NCBI GenBank assembly: GCA_030610815.1
Contig: JAUWRA010000001.1
Span: 1 to 44,062 of the forward strand
DNA from: Methanosarcinales archaeon
Lineage (GTDB): Archaea; Halobacteriota; Methanosarcinia; Methanosarcinales; Methanocomedenaceae
Direction: 5' to 3'
DNA length: 44,062 bases
Shown: one piece after another, positions 9,594-20,390 of the stretch
How positions within the stretch are numbered: position 1 is the first letter of the stretch
Layout of the letters: every line of letters starts with the position of its first letter
Made by a program: the position numbers and the translations under genes
The notes under the pieces: generated by a model
The model's input: only the letters and a program-made list of their open reading frames with translations
Told to the model about the DNA's origin: nothing
Databases searched by the model: none

Positions 9594-9800
9594 TTGCAGG
9601 TAAGGATAAAGATACTTGCCGGAGGCGTCCTTGAAAAAACAATTGAAGTAGAAGAAAGAAGTGCCTATAGTGATATCCTTGCCAAACTTGGGATCAACCC
9701 TGAAACTGTTGTGGTGATGGTCGACGGCAGGCCGGTACCTATAGATGATATTGTGGATTCAAGTCGAATTGATATCCTGAAGATCGTATCAGGAGGATGA
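9594..9800 (+). CDS. ThiS/MoaD-fold ubiquitin-like small archaeal modifier (SAMP-like)
   Basis: 68 aa ending in ...IVSGG (C-terminal di-glycine). TTG start with GAGGAG 8 nt upstream. Confidence 0.7.
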   Translation: MQVRIKILAGGVLEKTIEVEERSAYSDILAKLGINPETVVVMVDGRPVPIDDIVDSSRIDILKIVSGG

Positions 9801-10415
9801 TCAACTACGGATTATCTTCCACCCTGACCGCAGTACCCGGGGGTTGGCAGCAAACCTTGTTATTGGCGGTACGACCGCAATTGGAGTGAAAGCCGTAGCA
9901 AGGTCCAGGTCCCAGTCCAGTACAGGCTGCGTGAAATCAGGTCTAAAGGAAATATTATGCTGACCCGACAGGGCGTGTAGATATCCTGTCAACATGCCTG
10001 TGTAGGCGGGATCCTCCAGGCCGTAGACAGTATCCAGTTCAAAATGCCTGAATTTAAAAATGGATAGCAAATCCCTGATAAGCCGCATTAACGGTCTTAT
10101 CAGAGGAGTGAAATCCTGTACTTGCGGAATGGATCGGGATTTTGCGGATTTTTTTATGTCCTTGGTTTCAGGTGGTTTTTCTTTATGTTGCTGATGGATC
10201 AACGTGCGGCCCAGGATGAGTATATCTGTTTGTTTATCCTTGAACTTATATTGGATGGCGAGTATCAACCAGCTTATGCTAAGACTACCGTCTATTATTC
10301 CTTCTGACCCGGAAGATCGGGCACGGATAGTAACAGGGAATAGTAGCACAATTATGATCATTACTATTACTATTCCCATCAGGAGCCAAATCATTTCAAT
10401 TGTGATTGGTTTCAA
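9801..10415 (-). CDS. DUF2953 (YtfI)-like membrane protein
   Basis: 204 aa. N-terminal TM segment MIWLLMGIVIVMIIIVLLFPV. 4-nt overlap with the upstream YtfJ/GerW-like gene, its usual partner. Confidence 0.5.
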   Translation of the reverse strand: MKPITIEMIWLLMGIVIVMIIIVLLFPVTIRARSSGSEGIIDGSLSISWLILAIQYKFKDKQTDILILGRTLIHQQHKEKPPETKDIKKSAKSRSIPQVQDFTPLIRPLMRLIRDLLSIFKFRHFELDTVYGLEDPAYTGMLTGYLHALSGQHNISFRPDFTQPVLDWDLDLATAFTPIAVVPPITRFAANPRVLRSGWKIIRS

Positions 10416-10810
10416 TTGGTCTCGGTTTCAGCAGTTTTCTCCTTATTTTTCTCTTCCATCATCGATTTGCATTTTTCCATCATTTCAGGCATTATCTCGG
10501 TAAGCTGGGCCAATACACCTTTCCCCTTGATGCTAAATACCTGGACATCCTCTGGCGTCACCACAAGGAAAGCCACGGGTTGAATTGAAGCACCACCGCC
10601 CCCGCCACCGCCGGTACCTTCCTCGCCTGCTTTCTTTTTGCCTTCGCCTCCACCACTGCCAAAACCAAAGCAGACCTTGGTCACTGGTATGATGGTCTTA
10701 CCTTCCACGATAATATGTTCTCCAATTACGGTCTTGGTGGAGACCATGTCGGCAATCTCTTCTGTAATGGTCTTTAATAAATCGTCCACTATCAAAACTC
10801 TAACCTCCAC
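10412..10810 (-). CDS. GerW/YtfJ-family protein
   Basis: 132 aa. GKTIIPVTKVCFGFGSGGGEG ... QPVAFLVV pattern of the Spore_YtfJ family, with a poly-Gly linker. Confidence 0.7.
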   Translation of the reverse strand: MEVRVLIVDDLLKTITEEIADMVSTKTVIGEHIIVEGKTIIPVTKVCFGFGSGGGEGKKKAGEEGTGGGGGGGASIQPVAFLVVTPEDVQVFSIKGKGVLAQLTEIMPEMMEKCKSMMEEKNKEKTAETETN

Positions 10811-11087
10811 TAATTTGGTTGTGTATTAAAGTATATGTATCTATCCCTGAGAATAGTACTTCTTAAATAGCCCACTGACGTATGACTTGCTCTACTCTCA
10901 CATGGAGTGTAGATTTGACTGATTTGAGTTGCTAAAAGGGTTAAGGCAATTGTTTTCATTCAAAACTACACATAATCGGAGATACTGGTTGAAGCCATAA
11001 TTATTATATAGAAGTACAAACAGTTACAAGTGCTCTAATTATATTATTAATATTACAGGGATCATAATTACCGGAGGAAGAAGATCA

Positions 11088-12740
11088 ATGGCAGGATTAG
11101 GCGGTCAGCCTATAATTATTATTGACCCGGAAAAAAGCAGGACGACAGGCCGGGACGCACAGTCAGCGAATATCATGGCAGCAAGGACAATTGCAAATGC
11201 TGTGAAAACCACATTGGGACCCAAAGGGATGGATAAGATGCTGGTCAATAGCGTGGGTGATATTACAGTTACCAACGATGGCGCAGCTATCCTGCAGAAT
11301 ATTGATATCCAGCACCCTGCAGCCATGATGATGGTGGAGATATCAAAGACCCAGGAAAAAGAAGTGGGAGATGGTACTACCAGTGCCGTGGTCCTTGCAG
11401 GAGAACTGCTGGGCCAGGCTGAAAAACTGATCGAACTTGATGTTCATCCAACAGTTATCATCAAGGGTTTCAGGCTTGCAGCTGAAAAGGCACAGGAAAT
11501 CCTGGAATCCAATGCGATCGAGATCACAGCTGAAGATGCCGAAACACTCAGAAATGTTGCACTCACTGCACTTTCAGGCAAGGGCAGCGAGATGGCACTG
11601 GACGACCTGGCAGATCTGACGATAAATGCTATCCAGTCCATTGCAGATGATGAAGAGGTAGATATCCAGCACAATATCCAGATCATCCACCAGAGAGGTG
11701 GTTCCATAAAAGATACACATCTTATCAAGGGTATGGTGATCGATAAGGCCCGGGCCCACAAGAATATGCCAAAAAGTATAAAAAATGCAAAAATTGCGAT
11801 TCTGGATGTGGGTATAGAGGTACAAAAAACTACTATGAGTGCCAAGATCAAGATATCAACCCCTGATGAACTGGACGAAGCATACAGTGACGAATACCAG
11901 ACTATAAAAGAACAGGTGGACAGCCTGATAGCCAGCGGGGCCAATGTAGTGGTCACTGAAAAAGGGATTGACGATATATCCCTGCATTACCTTGCCAAGA
12001 ATAACATCCTGGCCATCAGGCGGGTCAAGGAGGGCGACCTGAAAAAGATCGTTCGTGCCACCAGTGCTCTGATCCGGTCCAATGCCATGGACGTATCCCC
12101 TGAAGACCTGGGTAATGCCGAACTGGTCGAAGAGAGGGGAATTGGCAATTACAAGATGATCTATTTTGAGGGATGCGATAATCCCAAAGCTGTGACAATA
12201 TTAGTCCACAGTGGTGCTGATTTTATCACAGATGAGGTTGACAGGGCGCTGGATGATGCACTGAATGTAGTAAAGGTGGTCTTAAACGAAGACAAGATCA
12301 TGTTCGGTGGCGGTGCACCTGAAATTGAGGTTGCAATGCAGCTTAAGGAATATGCCTCCTCATTAAGCGGACGTGAGCAGCTGGCCGTAGTTGCATTTGC
12401 CGATGCAATGGAAGGTCTGCCAAGGAGCCTTACAGAAAATTCCGGCCTTGACCCTGTAGATATCCTGGTAAAATTAAGGGCCGAACATAAGAATGGTAAC
12501 AATACTGTGGGTCTGAACGTGCTGACCGGTGAAGTCATGGATATGAAAGATACCAGTGTGATCGAGCCGTTGAAGGTCAAGATCCAGTCAATAAAATCAG
12601 CGACCGATGCTGTTGCAATGATCCTGAGGGTAGATGATGTGTTCGCATCCAAATATACCGGCCTGATGGATGTAAAACCCGAACACAGAATAGATAACTA
12701 TGATGGTATTGAGGCTCCTGATATCGGAGATGATTATTAG
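11088..12740 (+). CDS. ths: Thermosome subunit (group II chaperonin)
   Basis: 550 aa. [18 protein letters not shown] and [16 protein letters not shown] motifs. Confidence 0.95.
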   Translation: MAGLGGQPIIIIDPEKSRTTGRDAQSANIMAARTIANAVKTTLGPKGMDKMLVNSVGDITVTNDGAAILQNIDIQHPAAMMMVEISKTQEKEVGDGTTSAVVLAGELLGQAEKLIELDVHPTVIIKGFRLAAEKAQEILESNAIEITAEDAETLRNVALTALSGKGSEMALDDLADLTINAIQSIADDEEVDIQHNIQIIHQRGGSIKDTHLIKGMVIDKARAHKNMPKSIKNAKIAILDVGIEVQKTTMSAKIKISTPDELDEAYSDEYQTIKEQVDSLIASGANVVVTEKGIDDISLHYLAKNNILAIRRVKEGDLKKIVRATSALIRSNAMDVSPEDLGNAELVEERGIGNYKMIYFEGCDNPKAVTILVHSGADFITDEVDRALDDALNVVKVVLNEDKIMFGGGAPEIEVAMQLKEYASSLSGREQLAVVAFADAMEGLPRSLTENSGLDPVDILVKLRAEHKNGNNTVGLNVLTGEVMDMKDTSVIEPLKVKIQSIKSATDAVAMILRVDDVFASKYTGLMDVKPEHRIDNYDGIEAPDIGDDY

Positions 12741-12794
12741 ATCAGACAGGCAATAATACGGAAGGATCAACACTGTATTACATAGAGGTTTGAT

Positions 12795-13376
12795 ATGGGG
12801 AAGAATAAGGACCTTGAGGTAGGCCCATCATCGAATGACACTGTTGAAGATTCTGACGAGCAAATGGTCGAGACTGAAGAAATAACAGTGGTAGAACCTA
12901 TTAGTGTACTGGAGGAATCCGGCAGATTAGCGTCAGAGTACCTGGACCATTTACAGCGGCTTCAGGCAGAGTTCGATAATTACAAAAAGAGAGTGGACAG
13001 GGAAAAGGCAGAACTTATTAAATATGCCAGCGCAGAACTGGTATCAGAGTTAATAGATATAATGGAGAACCTTGAACGGGGTGTGGCAAGTGCAAAAGGA
13101 TCTGATGACATTGACTCCATTGTTAAAGGAATGGAGATGGTCAGCACCCAGTTAAAGGATATTCTTGGATCCAGGGGTCTTAAACCCATAGATGCTGTGG
13201 GTAAAAAGTTCGACCCCCATTACCATGAAGCAATGATGATGACCCCAACTGATGAGTACCCTTACAATACAGTGATCGAAGAGTTCCAGCAGGGATACAT
13301 GATAAAGGATAAAGTGATACGGTATTCCAAGGTAAGGGTATCGGTAAATGAAAATAATAATGATAATTGCGAATAA
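12795..13376 (+). CDS. grpE: Nucleotide exchange factor GrpE
   Basis: 193 aa. Acidic N-terminus, LQRLQAEFDNYKKRVDRE and FDPHYHEAM motifs. It lies directly upstream of dnaK. Confidence 0.9.
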   Translation: MGKNKDLEVGPSSNDTVEDSDEQMVETEEITVVEPISVLEESGRLASEYLDHLQRLQAEFDNYKKRVDREKAELIKYASAELVSELIDIMENLERGVASAKGSDDIDSIVKGMEMVSTQLKDILGSRGLKPIDAVGKKFDPHYHEAMMMTPTDEYPYNTVIEEFQQGYMIKDKVIRYSKVRVSVNENNNDNCE

Positions 13377-13417
13377 TACAAGTTTGTGAATTATTATAGT
13401 AAGATGAGGTGAATTGA

Positions 13418-15277
13418 ATGGCAAAGATTATTGGAATTGACCTGGGAACAAGCAATTCTGCGGCTGCTGCACTTATTGGAGGCAGGCCGACAATAATTCC
13501 CAGTGCTGAAGGAGTAAGTGTAGCTGGAAAGGCATTCCCGTCTGTTGTGGCTTTTACTGAGGATGGGCAAAGACTGGTAGGTGAACCGGCACGAAGACAG
13601 GCCGTTACCAATCCCGAAGGTACTGTAATGGCTATCAAGCGAAAGATGGGAACCGGAGAAAAGGTTAAGATCAAGGATAAAGAGTTTACTCCACAGGATA
13701 TATCGGCTTTTATCCTGCAGAAAATAAAACAGGATGCTGAGGCTTTTCTGGGTGATACGGTAGAAAAAGCTGTCATTACTGTCCCTGCATATTTTAACGA
13801 TAACCAGAGGCAGGCAACCAAGGATGCGGGAGAGATCGCAGGACTTGAAGTGGTACGGATAATCAACGAGCCCACCGCCGCATCACTGGCATATGGTCTG
13901 GATAAAAAATCCGACCAGAAAATACTGGTATATGATTTCGGCGGCGGTACACTGGATGTTAGCCTCATGGAAGTTGGAGGCGGTGTCTTCGAGGTCAAAT
14001 CCACATCGGGAGATACACAGCTTGGTGGTACTGATATGGACAATTTGCTGATCGACTATATTGCCGAAGATTTCCTGAACAAGGAGGGAATCGATCTCAG
14101 GTCTGACAAAACAGCAAACCAGCGTCTGCGGGAAGCCGCTGAAAAGGCAAAGATTGAGCTTTCAACTACAATGCAGACTTCGATCAACCTGCCCTTTATT
14201 ACTGCCAACCAGGCAGGTCCCAAACACCTTGAGATGACACTTACCAGGTCCAAACTGGAAGAACTGGTCATGCCAGTTATTGTAAAGACCCGCCAGCCCA
14301 TGGAACAGGCAATTAAGGATGCTGGATTAAGCACATCTGATATTGCTACTATTATTTTAGTAGGCGGGCCTACAAGGATGCCTGTGGTACAAAAGTTTGT
14401 AAGGGATATTGTCGGTAAGGAAGCCGAGCGGGGCGTGGACCCGATGGAATGCGTGGCAATGGGTGCTGCTATCCAGGCCGGTGTGCTGGAAGGTGAGGTC
14501 AAGGATGTGCTGCTGCTGGATGTTACACCTCTGTCCCTTGGTATCGAGACCCTGGGAAGTGTGTCCACAAAGCTCATTGAGCGCAATACTACAATACCAA
14601 CCAAAAAGAGCCAGATATTTAGCACAGCCGCGGACAACCAGCCGTCTGTGGATATACATGTGCTGCAGGGCGAGCGCGCCATGGCCCACGATAACACCAC
14701 ACTTGGACAGTTCACACTGGTTGGTATTCCACCGGCACCCAGGGGTATTCCCCAGATCGAAGTGACTTTTGATATCGATGCCAACGGTATCATTCATGTA
14801 ACAGCCAAGGACCTTGGTACCAATAAGGAGCAGAAGATCACAATCACGGCACCGCATAAACTTTCCGAGGACGAGATCAAGTCAAAGGTCAACGATGCCG
14901 AACAGTATGAAGAGGCTGACAAAAAAGCAAAGGAACTTATCGAACTCAAGAACCAGGCAGATACTCTTGTCTATACTACGGAAAACGCCTTATCCGATCT
15001 TGGTGAAAAGGTCACAGAGGAACAACGCAATACTATTGCCGAGAAGGTAGAGAAGACCAGGGAAGCTATTGCTACGGATGATAAGGACCAGATACAGTCT
15101 GCCATTGATGACCTGACCAAGGAGATGCAGGCCGTTAGCACCATGATATATGAACAGGCTGCCCAGGAACAGCAGGCGGCTGGTGAAGCGGGGGCCGAAG
15201 CCGGGACCGATGAAGCTACTGATGAAAATGTAGTGGATGCCGAATATGAAGTCGTGGATGAGGAAAAGGATAACTGA
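13418..15277 (+). CDS. dnaK: Hsp70 chaperone DnaK
   Basis: 619 aa. [19 protein letters not shown] and [10 protein letters not shown] motifs. Confidence 0.97.
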   Translation: MAKIIGIDLGTSNSAAAALIGGRPTIIPSAEGVSVAGKAFPSVVAFTEDGQRLVGEPARRQAVTNPEGTVMAIKRKMGTGEKVKIKDKEFTPQDISAFILQKIKQDAEAFLGDTVEKAVITVPAYFNDNQRQATKDAGEIAGLEVVRIINEPTAASLAYGLDKKSDQKILVYDFGGGTLDVSLMEVGGGVFEVKSTSGDTQLGGTDMDNLLIDYIAEDFLNKEGIDLRSDKTANQRLREAAEKAKIELSTTMQTSINLPFITANQAGPKHLEMTLTRSKLEELVMPVIVKTRQPMEQAIKDAGLSTSDIATIILVGGPTRMPVVQKFVRDIVGKEAERGVDPMECVAMGAAIQAGVLEGEVKDVLLLDVTPLSLGIETLGSVSTKLIERNTTIPTKKSQIFSTAADNQPSVDIHVLQGERAMAHDNTTLGQFTLVGIPPAPRGIPQIEVTFDIDANGIIHVTAKDLGTNKEQKITITAPHKLSEDEIKSKVNDAEQYEEADKKAKELIELKNQADTLVYTTENALSDLGEKVTEEQRNTIAEKVEKTREAIATDDKDQIQSAIDDLTKEMQAVSTMIYEQAAQEQQAAGEAGAEAGTDEATDENVVDAEYEVVDEEKDN

Positions 15278-15292
15278 TTCCTTTCCTTAACC

Positions 15293-15301
15293 TTTTTTTT
15301 T
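15293..15301 (+). terminator. Oligo-T run after dnaK, merging into a TATA-like TTTTATAATT upstream of dnaJ
   Basis: A run of nine T residues 16 nt after the dnaK stop. Archaeal terminators are commonly oligo-T. The functional assignment is inferred. Confidence 0.3.
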
Positions 15302-15317
15302 ATAATTACACTGAATA

Positions 15318-16478
15318 ATGGCTGATAAGCGCGATTACTATGACATTCTGGGCGTTAATAAGGACGTCAAAGAAGATGAACTGAAAAAAGCCTACAGGAA
15401 ACTGGCATTAAAGTACCATCCTGACCGCAATAAAGAGGCTGGTGCTGAAGAGACGTTCAAGGAGATCAGCGAAGCCTACGCAGTGCTTAGCGACCAGGAG
15501 AAACGTACCAGGTACGACCAGTTCGGGCATGCAGGAGTTGATGGGCGCTGGAGCCAGGAGGATATCTTCAGGAGTGCGAACTTCGAAGACCTGTTCAGGA
15601 ATTCCGGTGGCGACGGTGGTTTCGGGGATAGTATATTTGATATTATTTTTGGCGGCAGGGGTCGCAGGCGCGGTGGTCCGCAGAGGGGGTCTGACCTTAG
15701 ATATAGTATGACCATATCCTTTGAGGATTCGTTCCACGGAATGGAGCAGGAGATAAGTATACCCAGGACAGAGAACTGTACGGTATGCAAGGGGAGCGGT
15801 GCAAAACCGGGCACTGAACCCAAGACCTGCGGTACATGCAGGGGGAGCGGCCAGACCACCCGTGCACAGAATACGCCTTTCGGGCAGTTCATGACCACAA
15901 GTACCTGTCCAACATGCAGGGGCAGGGGTAAGGTGGTCGATGTTCCATGTACTAAATGTCACGGCAGCGGCAGGGTAGATAAGAAGCGGAAGATCAAGAT
16001 TAAAGTGCCTGCCGGTATTGAAAGTAATTCGAGGATGAGGGTGGCTGGTGAAGGTGAGCATGGAACTGCTGGCGGGCCGCCTGGTGACCTTTTCGTTGAT
16101 ATTTTTGTGAAACCGCATAAGACTTTTAAGCGTGTAGGGAACGATATACTGGTGGAGAATGATATCAGTTTTGCCCAGGCTACTTTGGGTGATGAGATTA
16201 TAGTGGCTACTGTGGATGAGAAGGTGAAGTTAAAGGTTCCTGCAGGGACACAGACCTGGGCTACTTTCAGGGTGAGGGGGAAGGGTATGCCCTATATCCA
16301 CGGGCACGGGCAGGGGGACCTGCATGTGAGGATGAATGTGAAAGTGCCTAAAAAGTTATCCCAGAAGCAGAAGGAGGTTTTGCGGGAGTTTGCCAGACTT
16401 AGTGGTGAGAAGCCTGCAAAGGAGAATGAGAAGGGGCTGTTCGAGAAGGTTGTTGATGGAGTAAAGGATAAGATATAG
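15318..16478 (+). CDS. dnaJ: Hsp40 co-chaperone DnaJ
   Basis: 386 aa. J-domain KYHPDRN, G/F-rich linker and four CxxCxGxG repeats ([32 protein letters not shown]). Confidence 0.95.
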   Translation: MADKRDYYDILGVNKDVKEDELKKAYRKLALKYHPDRNKEAGAEETFKEISEAYAVLSDQEKRTRYDQFGHAGVDGRWSQEDIFRSANFEDLFRNSGGDGGFGDSIFDIIFGGRGRRRGGPQRGSDLRYSMTISFEDSFHGMEQEISIPRTENCTVCKGSGAKPGTEPKTCGTCRGSGQTTRAQNTPFGQFMTTSTCPTCRGRGKVVDVPCTKCHGSGRVDKKRKIKIKVPAGIESNSRMRVAGEGEHGTAGGPPGDLFVDIFVKPHKTFKRVGNDILVENDISFAQATLGDEIIVATVDEKVKLKVPAGTQTWATFRVRGKGMPYIHGHGQGDLHVRMNVKVPKKLSQKQKEVLREFARLSGEKPAKENEKGLFEKVVDGVKDKI

Positions 16479-16488
16479 GGTGGGGATT

Positions 16489-16523
16489 ATTCATTTCGGT
16501 GAGGACTTACTCACGAAATGAAT
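16489..16523 (+). terminator. Hairpin immediately downstream of dnaJ
   Basis: ATTCATTTCGGTGAG / CTCACGAAATGAAT forms a 14-bp stem with one bulged G and a 6-nt loop, 11 nt after the stop codon. Confidence 0.3.
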
Positions 16524-16908
16524 GAAAATAATCAACTGTAGTAGTGCAAGAAAGAACAGTTATGCGACTGTTGCTTCTGATTTTTCAGTTCTTCTTACAT
16601 TTGCCAGGTTTACTCTTTCTTCCTCATGCCTCATTTCAACTGCATGACCCTTAACAGGCTCTCCCCACTCTTCATCTATTTGTGAATCGTTCTCTAACTG
16701 TTTTACAAGATCCTTTTCGTTTTTGGCTGAATGTTTTCTCAATATCTTTCCATACTTTGCCCCATCTGCCTCAAGGCGACATCACTCTTTTCAGGAAAGA
16801 CTTACTTACTCAGGTTTGCCTAAACTGAAGTCATGCGACATGCCAAGGAGATTTCTAAAAATATGAATAAATTGAAAACGTACTTAAATAATTGAGATAA
16901 ACAAGTAA

Positions 16909-19680
16909 ATGAATAATATGGATGGATCTATAAATCAATTTCCTGAACAGGAGGCAAGAGACAATATTGATAAACAGCTCAATGCCGCTGGATGGGCAGT
17001 TCAGGATAAAGATAAAATTGACTGGAATGAAAGTATCGGTATAGCCATCCGTGAATATCAAACCGATGTTGGCCCTACTGATTATGTATTATTTGTTGAA
17101 AGAAGACCTGTTGGAATAATAGAGGCAAAAAAAGAAGAAGAGGGACACAAACTTATTTCTCATGAACCCCAATCGGAATTTTATGCAAAAAGTAAGCTTA
17201 AATACCTTGACAATGACCCGCTTCCGTTTGTTTATGAAAGTACAGGAACTATAACTCGATTTACTGATTACAGAGATCCAAAACCGCGTTCAAGGACTGT
17301 ATTTACTTTTCATAGACCTGAAACTTTCAAAGAATGGCTGAAGGAGGGTACTTCATTACGGGCAAAAGTGTTGGATATTCCCGAACTTCCGGAATCCGTT
17401 TTAAGAAACTGCCAGATAAATGCAATTAAAAATCTTGAAATATCCTTCAAGGAAAACAAGCCGCGATCTTTGATACAGATGGCTACAGGCTCCGGTAAAA
17501 CCTACACAGCAATTACATCTATCTACCGTTTACTAAAGTTTGCTGATGCAAAACGGATATTATTTTTGGTTGATACCAGAAACCTCGGAGAACAGGCAGA
17601 ACAGGAATTTATGGCATATCAGCCATCAGACGATAACCACAAATTTACTGAACTATATAACGTTCAGCGGTTGCGCTCAAACTATATTTCACCAGACAGC
17701 CAGGTATGTATCAGTACTATCCAAAGGCTTTATTCAATTTTAAAAGGCGAAGAACTTGATGAGGGGGCAGAGGAAGCAAATCCGAATGAGAGTAAATGGG
17801 ATCCGAAAGAACCGATGCCAGTTGTTTATGATGGAAGTATACCGATAGAATTCTTCGATTTTATTGTAATAGATGAGTGTCACCGTTCAATCTATAATCT
17901 GTGGAAACAGGTGCTTGAATATTTTGATGCTTTTCTTATTGGGTTAACTGCCACACCCGATAAAAGGACATTCGGTTTTTTCAATGAAAATGTGGTTAGT
18001 GAATATTCTCACGAGGAAGCTGTGGTAGACGGTGTGAATGTTGGATATGATGTTTACATAATTGAGACTGAAATTTCACAATACGGGGCAACTATAAAAG
18101 CCAATGAATATGTGGATAAACGCGAAAGGCTAAGCAGAAAGAAACGGTGGGAACAACTGGATGAAGATGTATCTTACTCCAAAAAGGATCTGGATAAAGA
18201 TATTGTGAATCCCAGCCAGATTAGAAATATCATCCGGGCTTTTAAAAACAAATTGCCTGAGATATTTCCGGGTAGAAATGAAGTCCCAAAGACTCTGATT
18301 TTTGCAAAAACCGACAGTCATGCTGATGATATTATTCAGATAGTCAGAGAAGAATTTAATGAGGGTAATGAGTTTTGTAAGAAAATCACTTATAAAACCG
18401 AAGAAGACCCGAAATCTATACTCACACAATTCAGAAATGCTTATAATCCGAGAATTGCCGTTACTGTGGCTATGATCTCTGTGGGCACTGATGTTAAACC
18501 CCTTGAATGTCTGCTCTTTATGCGTGATGTGAAAAGCAAAAACTACTTTGAGCAGATGAAAGGGAGAGGTACTCGCATATTAGGTTATGATGATTTGAAA
18601 AAGGTTACTCCATCGGCGTTTTCAGCAAAGACACATTTTGTTGTTGTGGATGCTGTAGGGGTTACAAAATCAATTAAAACCGACAGCCGCCCTTTGGAGC
18701 GAAAACGTGCCATTCCGATGAAGGATCTACTGGCCGCTGTAACTATGGGGGCCAAGGATGAAGACCTGTTCACTTCTCTTGCAAGCCGCCTTACCAGACT
18801 GGAAAAACAACTTACTGATAAGGAAAAAGAAACATTCGAAGAAAAGGCAAACGGCAAGACTATTAATCAAACTGTAAAAGATCTGCTGAATGCTTATAAC
18901 CCGGATAAGATCGAAGATGAAGCTGGGGAGCTGAAGCGGGAAAATCCTGGGATAACAACAACCCAAGCTCATGAGATGGCAAAGGAAAACTTAAGCAAAA
19001 CAGCAAGTTCAAGCTTTAGTGGAGAACTTAACGGATACATTGAAAATGTCCGAAGGGTTCATGAACAGATCATTGATACTGTGAATATTGATGAAGTCAC
19101 AAAAGCTGAATGGGGAGATGATGCCGCAGATAAAGCCAGAGATATTATAAATGATTTTTCTGAGTATATGGAAGAGCATAAGGATGAGATAATGGCACTC
19201 AGCATTTTTTATAATCAGCCATATAGGCTCAGAGAGTTGACTTCCAGCATGGTTAAAGATATTCTTGAAAAATTGAAAATGGATAAACCCTTGCTTGCAC
19301 CGTTGCACGTATGGCAGGCATACGAGCAACTTGAAAAGGTGAACGGGAAAAGCCCGAAAAGTGAGCTGGTAGCACTTGTATCCCTTATACGCAGGGTAAC
19401 AGGTATTGATGATAAACTGACAGCCTATGATAAAACAGTGGATAGGAACTTCCAGAAATGGGTATTTGAAAAACAAGCCGGAGCATTAAAGTTTAATGAA
19501 GAGCAGATGAACTGGCTGAGGATGATGAAAGAACATATTGCAACAAGTTTTCATATTGAAGTGGAAGACCTGGACTACACACCATTTGACGCACACGGAG
19601 GCCGTGGTATGATGTTCCAGCTCTTTGGGAGTGGTATGAATGCGGTTATTACTGAAATGAATGAGGCGCTGGCAATATGA
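16909..19680 (+). CDS. hsdR: Type I restriction enzyme R subunit
   Basis: 923 aa. Walker A MATGSGKT, DEAH-like VIDECHRS, GLTATP. The C-terminal region resembles the EcoEI-R C-terminal domain. Visibly AT-richer than the flanking housekeeping genes. Confidence 0.9.
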   Translation: MNNMDGSINQFPEQEARDNIDKQLNAAGWAVQDKDKIDWNESIGIAIREYQTDVGPTDYVLFVERRPVGIIEAKKEEEGHKLISHEPQSEFYAKSKLKYLDNDPLPFVYESTGTITRFTDYRDPKPRSRTVFTFHRPETFKEWLKEGTSLRAKVLDIPELPESVLRNCQINAIKNLEISFKENKPRSLIQMATGSGKTYTAITSIYRLLKFADAKRILFLVDTRNLGEQAEQEFMAYQPSDDNHKFTELYNVQRLRSNYISPDSQVCISTIQRLYSILKGEELDEGAEEANPNESKWDPKEPMPVVYDGSIPIEFFDFIVIDECHRSIYNLWKQVLEYFDAFLIGLTATPDKRTFGFFNENVVSEYSHEEAVVDGVNVGYDVYIIETEISQYGATIKANEYVDKRERLSRKKRWEQLDEDVSYSKKDLDKDIVNPSQIRNIIRAFKNKLPEIFPGRNEVPKTLIFAKTDSHADDIIQIVREEFNEGNEFCKKITYKTEEDPKSILTQFRNAYNPRIAVTVAMISVGTDVKPLECLLFMRDVKSKNYFEQMKGRGTRILGYDDLKKVTPSAFSAKTHFVVVDAVGVTKSIKTDSRPLERKRAIPMKDLLAAVTMGAKDEDLFTSLASRLTRLEKQLTDKEKETFEEKANGKTINQTVKDLLNAYNPDKIEDEAGELKRENPGITTTQAHEMAKENLSKTASSSFSGELNGYIENVRRVHEQIIDTVNIDEVTKAEWGDDAADKARDIINDFSEYMEEHKDEIMALSIFYNQPYRLRELTSSMVKDILEKLKMDKPLLAPLHVWQAYEQLEKVNGKSPKSELVALVSLIRRVTGIDDKLTAYDKTVDRNFQKWVFEKQAGALKFNEEQMNWLRMMKEHIATSFHIEVEDLDYTPFDAHGGRGMMFQLFGSGMNAVITEMNEALAI

Positions 19681-19988
19681 TACAGAAAACTAATGTGAAC
19701 GAATTTGAAAGTATAATGAAGAAACTCAAAGAGAATATGGCAATCCTCAGAGATAAATTCAATGTTAAAAATCTGGAAATCTTTGGTTCTTATGTTCGGG
19801 GCGAACAGAAAAAAAGAAGCGATTTAGATATTTTAGTTGAGTTCACTGAAACTATTGATTTATTCAAGTATATAGAACTTGAGAATTATATGGGTGAAAT
19901 ACTTGGCGTTAAAGTTGATCTTGTGATGAAAGATACACTGAAGCCACGCATAAAAGATAGAATATTGAATGAGGCTATACCAGTATGA
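19677..19988 (+). CDS. Minimal nucleotidyltransferase (MNT-type antitoxin)
   Basis: 103 aa. FGSYVRGEQKKRSDLDILVEF (GS...DxD) motif. ATGA overlaps with hsdR upstream and the HepT remnant downstream. Confidence 0.8.
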   Translation: MIQKTNVNEFESIMKKLKENMAILRDKFNVKNLEIFGSYVRGEQKKRSDLDILVEFTETIDLFKYIELENYMGEILGVKVDLVMKDTLKPRIKDRILNEAIPV

Positions 19989-20173
19989 AAAAGAATAGAG
20001 ATATCAGGCTTTACCTTGACGATATTCTTGAAGCAATCGGGAAGATAGAAAAATACACAGAGGGTTTGGATTTTGAAAAATTCAGAACGGATGATAAAAC
20101 AGGCAATGCAGTTATAAGGAATTTTTTAGTTATCGGGGAGGCTGTCAAGAAAATTCCCCCTGGCATAAGGTAG
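19985..20173 (+). pseudogene. HepT (DUF86) toxin truncated at codon 62
   Basis: RLYLDDILEAIGKIEKY...NAVIRNFLVIGEAVKKIP matches the N-terminal half of HepT. The downstream Rx4HxY catalytic region is absent. The frame ends where a fragment of another gene begins (20178). Confidence 0.7.
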
Positions 20174-20177
20174 AAAA

Positions 20178-20348
20178 ATTCTCATACGGGAAGGTTCTGG
20201 CAGGTCAACATATTATCGGATGATTAGTGATGTTTAAAAACCTGAGGAGATTGGTGCATATCTTGCATAGTAAACAGAAACGAATCCATGAGGGGGTGGC
20301 AGGATGAAGGAAGGCGCGCTGTATGAACTGCCTGGAGGATGGGTGTGG
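20178..20348 (+). repeat. Scar: copy of the AlbA_2-gene 3' end fused to a copy of the hsdS upstream region and its first ~15 codons
   Basis: 20178-20226 matches 22010-22058 with 2 mismatches. 20236-20348 aligns, more diverged, with 22284-22390 (MKEGALYELPGGWVW versus MIDEGALYELSEGWVW). Confidence 0.85.
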
Positions 20349-20390
20349 ATGAAGTTGGTGGATGCAATGGATCGAGATTTTGGGAAACCG

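Noticed and set aside
13180-14857. Long antisense ORFs (287, 245 and 166 aa) opposite dnaK, and similar ones opposite dnaJ, thermosome, purF and dph2
   Set aside because: These are shadow ORFs on the strand opposite strongly supported genes. Their Ser/Pro/Thr-rich translations are typical of antisense frames.
11088-16478. Thermosome next to grpE-dnaK-dnaJ as a possible novel chaperone supercluster
   Set aside because: The bacterial-type dnaK operon is well known in Methanosarcinales-like archaea, and adjacency to a thermosome gene is unremarkable. All four genes look canonical.
16560-16742. 60-aa acidic minus-strand ORF between dnaJ and hsdR
   Set aside because: The only start is a TTG. The frame stays open upstream to a stop without an ATG, so it looks like the tail of a lost gene. 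No family is recognisable.
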